The notes beneath the pieces are model-generated. The model had not been told where the DNA came from, did no database searches, and saw nothing but the letters and a program-made list of their open reading frames with translations. DNA of 47,886 nt from a virus: positions 1-47,886 of the IMG/VR virus record IMGVR_UViG_3300045988_074299; one strand, written 5' to 3'. A program made the position numbers and the translations under genes. Shown here in pieces: positions 34,548-42,567 of the stretch (the stretch's first letter is position 1; each line of letters begins with the position of its first letter).

Positions 34548-35207
34548 CTACACACCTCTTTCGTTTGGATTCCAAATGATCTTGTGTAACTGCACTTGCA
34601 CTCTACAATTCCATAGTTTCTTCTCCATCATGTAGTCAACAATTGCTGATGGCTCAATCTCGCCAAATACTGGACTGAAAAAGATCTGCGGATCGGATCG
34701 CAAACTATTGATAACCGAATATGCAGCATCGAGATCACCTTTACATCCGACTACAAACTTTAATACATCACAATTCTTTAATGTATTAAGATTCTCGATA
34801 CTCATTGCACTTTCCATTCTACTTGATGGACATTTGTAGTCCATTGTAAAAAACAGCAACCTTCTTTCGCCAGCCTGATACCTTGCAGGAACTGGCCTTG
34901 TACCATTAGTTTCAATATTTACTTCAATGCCATGCTTAATTAAACCATCAATTAACTTCTCAATATCCTGATGAATCAATGGCTCACCACCTGTGATTGT
35001 AACACGTGGAATGCCCGAACCAATAACACAATCAATAACTTCACTTGGATCCATCTCAACTGCTTTGTCCTGCTCTGTAATGTGGCTATAAGGCGTATCA
35101 CAGTAACTGCAATTTAAGTTGCAACCGTACAAACGAACAAATACAACCGGAAGTCCTGCTCTAATTCCTTCACCATCAATACTTTTGAAGATCTCAACTA
35201 CTTTCAT
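34548..35207 (-). CDS. queE: 7-carboxy-7-deazaguanine synthase (radical SAM)
   Basis: [35 protein letters not shown] (QueE-type CxxxCxxC cluster) and ITGGEPL. Confidence 0.9.
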   Translation of the reverse strand: MKVVEIFKSIDGEGIRAGLPVVFVRLYGCNLNCSYCDTPYSHITEQDKAVEMDPSEVIDCVIGSGIPRVTITGGEPLIHQDIEKLIDGLIKHGIEVNIETNGTRPVPARYQAGERRLLFFTMDYKCPSSRMESAMSIENLNTLKNCDVLKFVVGCKGDLDAAYSVINSLRSDPQIFFSPVFGEIEPSAIVDYMMEKKLWNCRVQVQLHKIIWNPNERGV

Positions 35208-35208
35208 C

Positions 35209-35586
35209 TTATGCCTCCGCCTGAATTCTCTGTCCCATTGACTTGATGTACGTTGCTACATTGCCTTCGCTTTCCTGAACGTCTACTTTATAGCAATAAC
35301 CAACTTCGCAAATCTTATCTACTTCATCACAAATCCACTTAGCCATATTTTCTGCTGTTGGATTAAATGGAATAACTTCGTTGATGAAGGCATGATCTAA
35401 CTTGCCATGAATTGCTTCTTTTACTTTCTTAAAGTCTACAATCATCCCATAGTCTGTCAGCTTAGTGCTCTCGCAGTAAACTGTTACGATCCAATTGTGA
35501 CCATGCAAGTTTTCGCACTTGCTCTGATACGGCAATTGCAACTTATGCGCTCCAGCGATCTCCATCCTCTTACTTACTCTGTACAT
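35209..35586 (-). CDS. queD: 6-carboxy-5,6,7,8-tetrahydropterin synthase
   Basis: EIAGAHKL...SKCENLHGHNWIVTV...MIVDFKKVKEAIHGKLDHAFINE matches QueD (His triad plus catalytic Cys). Confidence 0.88.
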   Translation of the reverse strand: MYRVSKRMEIAGAHKLQLPYQSKCENLHGHNWIVTVYCESTKLTDYGMIVDFKKVKEAIHGKLDHAFINEVIPFNPTAENMAKWICDEVDKICEVGYCYKVDVQESEGNVATYIKSMGQRIQAEA

Positions 35587-35598
35587 ACTGCTTTCCTC

Positions 35599-36387
35599 CT
35601 ATTCCCAGCTTCTATCAATGCCATTGTTGCCTACACCAACCAAAACATTGAATGCATCCATATTGCTTGCTAATGAATTGTAATCCGCACCATTCAGAAA
35701 ATCAATCTCACCAGCCGATCGGTCAACATCTTTTTCTCCGATGCGTTCACCAGCCTGTGATGCTATGTAAACGAAAGCACTGTCACAACCTCTAACCATT
35801 GGAAAATCTTCAAATATCTCGCGGACTACTCGTGAGCCATCACTACAACCAAGCAAATGAACCTCCATCGAATTATCCACTTCCCCAATTGCCTCCACAG
35901 CTCTGTATCGAACTTTGCGGTCACCAGTTTCCGTTTCTAGGAACTTAGAAACGCCCAAACAACTGATCCCATCCAATGCTAACATCCTTAACATACAATC
36001 ATACCACTCTGTAAAATCGCGTCCTTGTGGAACGCCCATTACACCAAATGGCAACTTCTCGTTATAATAACCATGAAGATAGCCAAGTGCGTCCAAATGC
36101 TTCTGTAACGTATCGTATTCATCTAATAATGTATCCGGAAGAACAACCTGCGTTGGGTGTACCAATTGATAACACTTGATCAGCTCCTCGATTGGAAGTT
36201 GTTCACCTTCTGCTGCTCCATTATCCATCAAAACAAACTTACCTTCATCAGACATTCTACGAAAGAACTTTCTGTATTCTTCCGATTGTTTAACCAAATG
36301 TGCCAAGCACATATGATACTGATTATCTTTCGTTTTCTCCAAACATCCTACCGGAACGATATGTGCAATCTTATGTTGCTTTACCAT
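35599..36387 (-). CDS. dpdA: TGT-superfamily protein, candidate DNA 7-deazaguanine transglycosylase (DpdA-like)
   Basis: By-eye matches to TGT landmarks: HIVPVGC (compare FMPVGT), VLMDNGAAEG (compare LTDSGGFQ, first catalytic Asp) and VRGCDSAF (compare GVDMFDC, second Asp). No CxCxxC zinc site. Embedded between the kinase and queD. Confidence 0.55.
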   Translation of the reverse strand: MVKQHKIAHIVPVGCLEKTKDNQYHMCLAHLVKQSEEYRKFFRRMSDEGKFVLMDNGAAEGEQLPIEELIKCYQLVHPTQVVLPDTLLDEYDTLQKHLDALGYLHGYYNEKLPFGVMGVPQGRDFTEWYDCMLRMLALDGISCLGVSKFLETETGDRKVRYRAVEAIGEVDNSMEVHLLGCSDGSRVVREIFEDFPMVRGCDSAFVYIASQAGERIGEKDVDRSAGEIDFLNGADYNSLASNMDAFNVLVGVGNNGIDRSWE

Positions 36388-36902
36388 CTTAATACCTCCA
36401 TTACTTTTTCTACGACTTCCTGCTCACTTAATCCATCTACATTGATTCTAATTGGCTCCAACCCATACTGTTCAAATATAGCTTCATATCCTTGCCGAAT
36501 TTGCTCCAACTGAGACTCGTCAATATATTCATCGCCTCTTTGGCTTAACCTTTGCTTAATTGTATCCAAAGAACACTCAAAGAAAATGATTTGGCACTGT
36601 TTTAATGTATCAACATACCATTCTTTTGTTTGTTCATTGATCAATTGCGACTGTTTATTATCTGTGATCGGATTGTATACCAAATCATCTAGCATTGTTG
36701 CTCTATCAAACAATGCCGCTTGATTGTTAGCCACTAATTCGCGAATATAACTTACTCTTCCAAACTTTTCTAACTCTGAATCGGTGTGGCTCTCTTTGAT
36801 AAACAAACAATCAACTGCTTGTGAATTCTCTACTATATCCCGCAAATGTACAAAGCATGTTGATTTACCAGTGCACTCGTTACCTGCTAAGATTGTAACC
36901 AT
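36381..36902 (-). CDS. P-loop nucleoside/nucleotide kinase-like protein
   Basis: Walker A ILAGNECTGKST at the N-terminus. 173 aa, a size and layout typical of dNMP/dN kinases. Confidence 0.55.
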   Translation of the reverse strand: MVTILAGNECTGKSTCFVHLRDIVENSQAVDCLFIKESHTDSELEKFGRVSYIRELVANNQAALFDRATMLDDLVYNPITDNKQSQLINEQTKEWYVDTLKQCQIIFFECSLDTIKQRLSQRGDEYIDESQLEQIRQGYEAIFEQYGLEPIRINVDGLSEQEVVEKVMEVLRW

Positions 36903-37294
36903 TATTTTGTCACCAGCCTTTCCACCAGCTTTTTGTATTCATCCGACTGATAGAACTGCTCATCTATCTGCTTGCGTCGACTTGATCTACATACATCAAA
37001 TTCACCTGTTGGATAACGACTCCGTAACTTGGCAATATTTAACTTTGCTACTACATCGAAATCGATTCCAAACACTGTGCATACAGCATTCAAATACCAC
37101 AATACATCCCCGCACTCTTCTGCCAGCTTTTCTTTGTTAATACATTCGCCGTTCCACAGATAATGTTTGAGGATATTATTCACTTCACCTACTTCTTCAC
37201 TTAACCCTACAGCCCAATTGGCAATTTCATCCTTCTCACTTTTATGTGGTGGAACGGCGATATAAGATTCGCTTTGATACTTCTTTAGCTTCAT
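36902..37294 (-). CDS. mazG: MazG-like nucleoside triphosphate pyrophosphohydrolase
   Basis: GLSEEVGEVNNILKH and LAEECGDVLWYLNAV (the two EExxE/D helices of the MazG fold). Confidence 0.8.
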   Translation of the reverse strand: MKLKKYQSESYIAVPPHKSEKDEIANWAVGLSEEVGEVNNILKHYLWNGECINKEKLAEECGDVLWYLNAVCTVFGIDFDVVAKLNIAKLRSRYPTGEFDVCRSSRRKQIDEQFYQSDEYKKLVERLVTK

Positions 37295-37351
37295 TTCTCC
37301 TCCTCAACTAACGTACGCTACAGCTCCATTTTATCCATCTTCTGGCAAGAA

Positions 37352-37759
37352 TCAAACTTCATCTTTATTTCTCCAGCTATATACCGTTGCACCGTTCTCG
37401 CCATCTTCCATAACAGTAACGATAATGTCCCGTTGGCCACTTCTTGGGATGGTGTTAAACAACTCACCAGCAATTGCATTGGCAACCTTTTCACAAGACC
37501 AACTACCTAATTGCACTACATCATGTTCATCGTGTGAAAACGACTTGATATATTTCTTAATCTGATGTCCAAGCATAATGAATTCAATCTCACGATCGTC
37601 ATTAAACACATCCATCTCTACTTCTACGTTAAAAATGTGGCGATGTGGTTCTCTTAAATATGCCACTTCAAGTGGCGCTTCCGGATAGCAATGAATCCCT
37701 TCAAACTGTAAGTTACATCTTACTGTTGTACTCTTGTGTCTTTCTATCCAATCTTTCAT
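37352..37759 (-). CDS. Divergent T-fold (QueD/PTPS-like) protein of unknown specificity
   Basis: FEGIHCYP...YLREPHRHIFNVEVEM...REIEFIMLGHQIKKYI is collinear with QueD (FEAAH...LHGHSF.V.LE...IDF..LK). It keeps the three His residues but lacks the Cys four residues before HxH. First gene after the operon promoter. Confidence 0.45.
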   Translation of the reverse strand: MKDWIERHKSTTVRCNLQFEGIHCYPEAPLEVAYLREPHRHIFNVEVEMDVFNDDREIEFIMLGHQIKKYIKSFSHDEHDVVQLGSWSCEKVANAIAGELFNTIPRSGQRDIIVTVMEDGENGATVYSWRNKDEV

Positions 37760-37815
37760 CCTACTTTTCTCCTTTTCTTTCTATTTATTTTTTTGCTAAC
37801 CTTAGCGTTTACTAT

Positions 37816-37844
37816 ATTATAACTCTTTTTCCGGCTCAAGTCAA
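37816..37844 (-). promoter_or_regulatory. Sigma-A-type promoter of the deazaguanine operon
   Basis: Minus strand TGTTGACT-17 nt-TATAAT, starting 3 nt after the polymerase stop codon. Confidence 0.6.
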
Positions 37845-37846
37845 CA

Positions 37847-40594
37847 CTAATGTGATGCACGGCTCAATAAAGAAGAGTTATATGTCGTTACTTTCTTAAT
37901 GTACTGCTTCTTGTTGAACTCCAACGCTCCCTGGTCTAACAATGTGTTGATAATCCTAGACGTTACTGCCCTACTTTTGCAACGATCGTAGAAGTTGTCG
38001 TACGAAGTAAAGATACCGTTTGTTTTTCTTTCTTCACAAATTGCCTGTGCTGCTTTTTCGCCAATACCTTTAATATCTGACAGCCCCTTCTGCAAGGCCA
38101 GTTCTCCGTCTACTTTGCGAATTGATGTGCAAGGCTTGGAATAATTAACATGTGGCAAAAATACTACGCTACCGCCCTTTGTTGCTTCACTGCAGAACTC
38201 GTCCTTTTCTTTGTCATTCCTTGCATACTTGATTTTAACATACCAAAAAAATGTTGGATAATAAACTTTGTAGTACATTTCCTCCACACTGATAATACAA
38301 TAACCAGCCGCATGACCTTTATTGAATGAATACACTAGTAAACTATCCCATGTATCTTCTGCTTGCTGTTTAGTTAATCCATTTTTGACGGCATTGGTTA
38401 CAAATTTCTTGTGAAGGTCTACTCCGGTATCTTCCGCATATTTATTCAAAATTGCAATAGTTCTTTCCTTGAATCCATGCTTATTTGCTTTCAATACCTT
38501 GTCAGCTTCTCCCCATTCCAAGCCACCAATATATACACAGATTAGCAACAATTGTTCCTGATACACCACCGTTCCGTAACTTTCCTTGGTATACTTATAT
38601 GTTATCGGATTAACGTCCTCAACACCATTCAGTTTGTTATTTGCATACATTTCCGGCATTCCTTGTCCCAATGGTCCTGGACGATTCATAGCACACGTAG
38701 CAATAATATCATCAAAACAATCGCAATGTATTTCGTCCAATATCCTCTTTGCAGTCCCCTTCTCAAGCTGAAATATGCCAACAGTATTGCCTTCGCGAAA
38801 TTGTTTTAGCAACTTTGGATCCTCTACATACTTAATGTCAAACCCATGCTTGTGTGCCAACTTCCTACATTCACCAATTGACTGCATCGTTTTTAAACCT
38901 AACAAATCAAACTTGATAATATTGATGTCATTAAGGTCTTCGAGATTGTAAGCTGAATAAATATTGCCAGCCTTATCCATTCTCAAAGCTGTATACTGCA
39001 GTACGTCACCTGATGTTACTACAACACCAGCAGCATGTGTTCCAATGAAACGTACCTTACCAAACAACTTCAAAAAGTGCCTAATAATATTGTCATACTT
39101 TTTATTGATCTCGGCAACACGTATGCTATCATCTCCATGCAACAAAAGATCTCCATCAATTGATCCATCTTCCTGCTTGTACTTATTCGCTAACGACTTA
39201 ATCTCTTTGATAACCTCTTTATTCTGTTTAACTTCCTGCTCATCTACATCCCCAGCAGTTGGCAATCCACAAACCTTAGCAAGCTCATTAACTGTGTTAT
39301 CAACCTGATATAAACCATATGATGAAACTCGAGCACTCTGCCCTGGATACTTATTGATTAAATACTCGATAACTTCTCCACGTCGATCCATTTCAAAGTC
39401 AATATCAATATCGGGATACACCTTTTTATCATAACGCATGAAACGTCTAAAATCTAAGTTGAATAACAAACTATCTACCTCGGTGATGTACATAGCATAT
39501 GCTACTAAACAATTACATACAGACCCTCTTCCTGGACCTACACAAATTCCATTATTCTTTGCCCAGTTAACATAATCGGCCACAATCAAGAAGTAATCAA
39601 TAAATCCATTAGTTGCAATAACATCTAACTCCTGCTTACAACGCTCAATGTATTTCTTATTGTATTTGCCTCTTTTCTTTAATCCTTCTTTGATCTGACG
39701 AATAATCTCTTTCTTGTTATTTTCCCCACCTAATTTAGGTAATTTCAGTTCCAAACCGTCAAGGATATTATCCTCAACCTTTGCTTCTAATTCTTCAAGA
39801 TTTTGATGCATTTCCTCTGCAAGTGCTTTAGGATTATCGAAATCATCTTTATGCATTTTCACAAATCGCTTTTCCATCTCCCATATCTTTGGCATGTAAC
39901 GATCCTTGTACGTTCCTTTTACCCATTCCGGATCGTGTCCATCCATCTGATGCATCTTTAAATACGTATCAAAATCCTCTTTTCTACCTCTATGTGAATC
40001 AGATGTGAGAATGCATTTGATTCCCAATTGCTCGCCAAGTTCAATCATCTTAACATTGATTTTCTCTTGCAATCCTTGTTCACTAACAACGTACGGTTGA
40101 ATCTCAATGTATAGATTTTCACCGAATATGTCTTGCAGCTTCTCCAAGTATTTTTTTGCTTGCTTTATTTTCCCCTTGGCGATACATTGCGAACTATAGC
40201 TTGCTACACATGCTGTTGTACAAATCAAACCTTCATTATACTTTTCTAATAATTTGAAATCCCAAATTGGATTGTAATATTTCTGTTTTTCTCCCTTTGT
40301 TTGAATCACATTAAGATTCTTGTAACCTTCAAGATTTTTGGCAAATAAACACAAATGGTAACCACGTTGCTGTGGCTTATATACTGGCAAAAAATAGCCC
40401 TCTACACCAAGTATTGCTTTGATTCCAACACTTTTACAAGCTTTATAAGTCTGAACCAATCCGTTAGTATTTCCATGATTAGATGTACTCAAAGCTGTAT
40501 GTCCAAGTTCCTTTGCTAACTTTGCTAGCTCTTCCGGTTTGCCGAAACCATCAAACCTGCTGAACATATCATGCCGATGTAAATCAACTGACAT
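37847..40594 (-). CDS. dnaE: DNA polymerase III alpha subunit (DnaE-type), short form
   Basis: PHP motif DLHRHDMFSRFDG. Also FLIVADYVNWAKNNGICVGPGRGSVCNCLVAYAMYITEVD, PDIDIDF and FDLLGLKTM, plus the HhH motif GIGEKAAQAI near the C-terminus. 915 aa. Confidence 0.92.
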   Translation of the reverse strand: MSVDLHRHDMFSRFDGFGKPEELAKLAKELGHTALSTSNHGNTNGLVQTYKACKSVGIKAILGVEGYFLPVYKPQQRGYHLCLFAKNLEGYKNLNVIQTKGEKQKYYNPIWDFKLLEKYNEGLICTTACVASYSSQCIAKGKIKQAKKYLEKLQDIFGENLYIEIQPYVVSEQGLQEKINVKMIELGEQLGIKCILTSDSHRGRKEDFDTYLKMHQMDGHDPEWVKGTYKDRYMPKIWEMEKRFVKMHKDDFDNPKALAEEMHQNLEELEAKVEDNILDGLELKLPKLGGENNKKEIIRQIKEGLKKRGKYNKKYIERCKQELDVIATNGFIDYFLIVADYVNWAKNNGICVGPGRGSVCNCLVAYAMYITEVDSLLFNLDFRRFMRYDKKVYPDIDIDFEMDRRGEVIEYLINKYPGQSARVSSYGLYQVDNTVNELAKVCGLPTAGDVDEQEVKQNKEVIKEIKSLANKYKQEDGSIDGDLLLHGDDSIRVAEINKKYDNIIRHFLKLFGKVRFIGTHAAGVVVTSGDVLQYTALRMDKAGNIYSAYNLEDLNDINIIKFDLLGLKTMQSIGECRKLAHKHGFDIKYVEDPKLLKQFREGNTVGIFQLEKGTAKRILDEIHCDCFDDIIATCAMNRPGPLGQGMPEMYANNKLNGVEDVNPITYKYTKESYGTVVYQEQLLLICVYIGGLEWGEADKVLKANKHGFKERTIAILNKYAEDTGVDLHKKFVTNAVKNGLTKQQAEDTWDSLLVYSFNKGHAAGYCIISVEEMYYKVYYPTFFWYVKIKYARNDKEKDEFCSEATKGGSVVFLPHVNYSKPCTSIRKVDGELALQKGLSDIKGIGEKAAQAICEERKTNGIFTSYDNFYDRCKSRAVTSRIINTLLDQGALEFNKKQYIKKVTTYNSSLLSRASH

Positions 40595-40644
40595 TGCTAA
40601 CCTCCTTTATGCAAAAAGGCGGAACTATGTCCGCCTCATACAAT

Positions 40645-41439
40645 TTATTCCTCGTCTTCTTCCCAATCATCTTCGTCATCCTGGTCCTCATCATCCCAAT
40701 CACTATGAGCTTTATCATCTTCTTCCAGTAAATTGATGTAATATTTGGCTGGCTTCTTTGGTTTACATTCCAGCTCTCGCTCTTTGCACAAATCATACAG
40801 CTCACGAGCACTCATTTCACTGTAATCAATATCGTCGCCATCTTCCTCTTCATCATCCCAATCTTCCGATTTCTTGGTTGATGGTTTCTTTTTCTTCGGC
40901 TGCTCGTATTCATCCTCTTCATCAGAATCATCTGCTGGATATGCTTGATCCAAATACTTCAGTAAAGCTTTCTTTGACAGCGGCTTTACTTTGTTGTTTC
41001 TAAACTTATTCTTATCCATCGGAACAACACTGTACGTTGTTGCCTGGCCTTTGCCAGTACGTGAAATAACGAGATCTCTTTCCAGCAACGTTCCATAGTT
41101 CTCATACAAAGCCATAATTGCCGGAATCGCCGTACAGTTGTTTACTGCTTGCATCAAGATTTTGACTTCTTTTGCTTCGTAATCATATACCGACCATGCA
41201 TACAAGTTTCTTGTTCTTAGCTCATCGTCTTCACAATACGAACAATCTCTTCCAAACAGTTCCTGACATGGTACATTTACTCCCTTGGTAAAGCTATCGT
41301 GAAACGGGATCTCCATTCCATCTTCCATATCATTTAAGAATCTGATTCGCTTCTTCTCTCCTTCACGGAAATAAATGAACTTGCCTTTGCTCTGTCCTGA
41401 TTTCTTTGCTTCATTTTTAATATCGTCTAATAATCCCAT
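40645..41439 (-). CDS. Probable ssDNA-binding protein (T4 gp32-like zinc pattern) with an HeH motif and an acidic-aromatic tail
   Basis: FHDSFTKGVNVPCQELFGRDCSYC gives the same kind of His...Cys...CxxC arrangement as the gp32 zinc site. The C-terminus carries MSARELYDLCKERELECKPKKPAKYYINLL and DWDDEDQDDEDDWEEDEE. It lies between the primase and the polymerase. Confidence 0.5.
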   Translation of the reverse strand: MGLLDDIKNEAKKSGQSKGKFIYFREGEKKRIRFLNDMEDGMEIPFHDSFTKGVNVPCQELFGRDCSYCEDDELRTRNLYAWSVYDYEAKEVKILMQAVNNCTAIPAIMALYENYGTLLERDLVISRTGKGQATTYSVVPMDKNKFRNNKVKPLSKKALLKYLDQAYPADDSDEEDEYEQPKKKKPSTKKSEDWDDEEEDGDDIDYSEMSARELYDLCKERELECKPKKPAKYYINLLEEDDKAHSDWDDEDQDDEDDWEEDEE

Positions 41440-41577
41440 ATCGTCCTCTTTCTTGGTATACGCTATATCGCAACGGCACTTTACTTATATGCTACTCTTT
41501 GGCCTCAGTTCCTGCTAACCACTCCTGTCCCTGCAATCTGACGTGTGCACGACCATACCCTCACATTTCAAGTCAAT

Positions 41578-42567
41578 TTAGCTCTTTAGTTTAGCGCTTA
41601 CACCCATAATTATTTGTTGTGTACGTCTATACATTTTATCAAACTGTTGCCGATCCATCTCTCCTGGATCCTTAATACCCTTTAAATACTGAAATCTTAC
41701 ATAGTGATCACCAAACAACTTATGCAAATACTTACTTCCTTTTTTGCCGCATTCGTCGTTATCCAAGGCAGAAACAACAATCATATTTTGATTAGCTTCA
41801 ACGATCTTCTTGTACTGCAACTGAGACATCTTCCAGCCTAATATCGCAACAACGTTATCTGCTCCAAATTGAATGAATTTCAACCTATCCATATAGCCTT
41901 CAACTACAAACACAACGTCACAATGTTGATAATCACCAACCAATGTAGTCCGGCGCCGGAATCCTTTGTTATACAAATACTTCCTCTTTTGCTCTACTTC
42001 GGGAATCATCGTTCTACAAACCCAACCCTTAAACTTACCATTGTCCATCATTGGAAAGATCATCCCATAACTTTGATTATAATTGACCTTGCAACCACAT
42101 TTATTCAGTGTATTGCAACCAAATCCTCTCTTTGCCATGTACTTAACGATCTGTTGCTGGTCTTTATCTTTGCAATTGTTTGCCCACTCAATAGTCGACA
42201 GCCCATGATAGTAGTCATATGCCTCTGTATATAATTGTTTGGAACTTTTTTGCTGCTGTTCGGTATGCTGTACCACAACATTGCTACACTTTTCCGATTT
42301 CAATATCTCAAAGAATTTTTTGCAACCTTGCAATTCATTTAGCCCATTCTTTGCTTCCATCTTTTGTACGAACTTTAATGCATCACCAGCTTCTTGGCAA
42401 CCAAAACAAAAATAATTTCCGTGGTCCAAATCAACGGTCATACTAGGTTTGATGTCTTTGTGGAATGGACATATGATCTGTTCTTTCCCTTGACACACAT
42501 GCTCAAGTAAATTGTAGTACCAAAGGACTTTTACAAGCTGCTCTCCTTGATTATGTACATTACTCAT
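41578..42567 (-). CDS. dnaG: DNA primase (CHC2 zinc finger plus Toprim)
   Basis: CPFHKDIKPSMTVDLDHGNYFCFGCQEAGDALKFV, VFVVEGYMDRLKF and SALDNDECGKKG. 329 aa with no fused helicase domain. Confidence 0.9.
   Translation of the reverse strand: MSNVHNQGEQLVKVLWYYNLLEHVCQGKEQIICPFHKDIKPSMTVDLDHGNYFCFGCQEAGDALKFVQKMEAKNGLNELQGCKKFFEILKSEKCSNVVVQHTEQQQKSSKQLYTEAYDYYHGLSTIEWANNCKDKDQQQIVKYMAKRGFGCNTLNKCGCKVNYNQSYGMIFPMMDNGKFKGWVCRTMIPEVEQKRKYLYNKGFRRRTTLVGDYQHCDVVFVVEGYMDRLKFIQFGADNVVAILGWKMSQLQYKKIVEANQNMIVVSALDNDECGKKGSKYLHKLFGDHYVRFQYLKGIKDPGEMDRQQFDKMYRRTQQIIMGVSAKLKS

Noticed and set aside
37760-37815. A preQ1 riboswitch in the 5' leader of the deazaguanine operon
   Set aside because: The leader has an A-rich tail (GCAAAAAAAUAAAUAG). 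However, its only hairpin is CUAA-GG-UUAG, which does not match the 5-bp P1 stem, 11-13 nt loop and ACCC/CCUCU features of preQ1-I aptamers.
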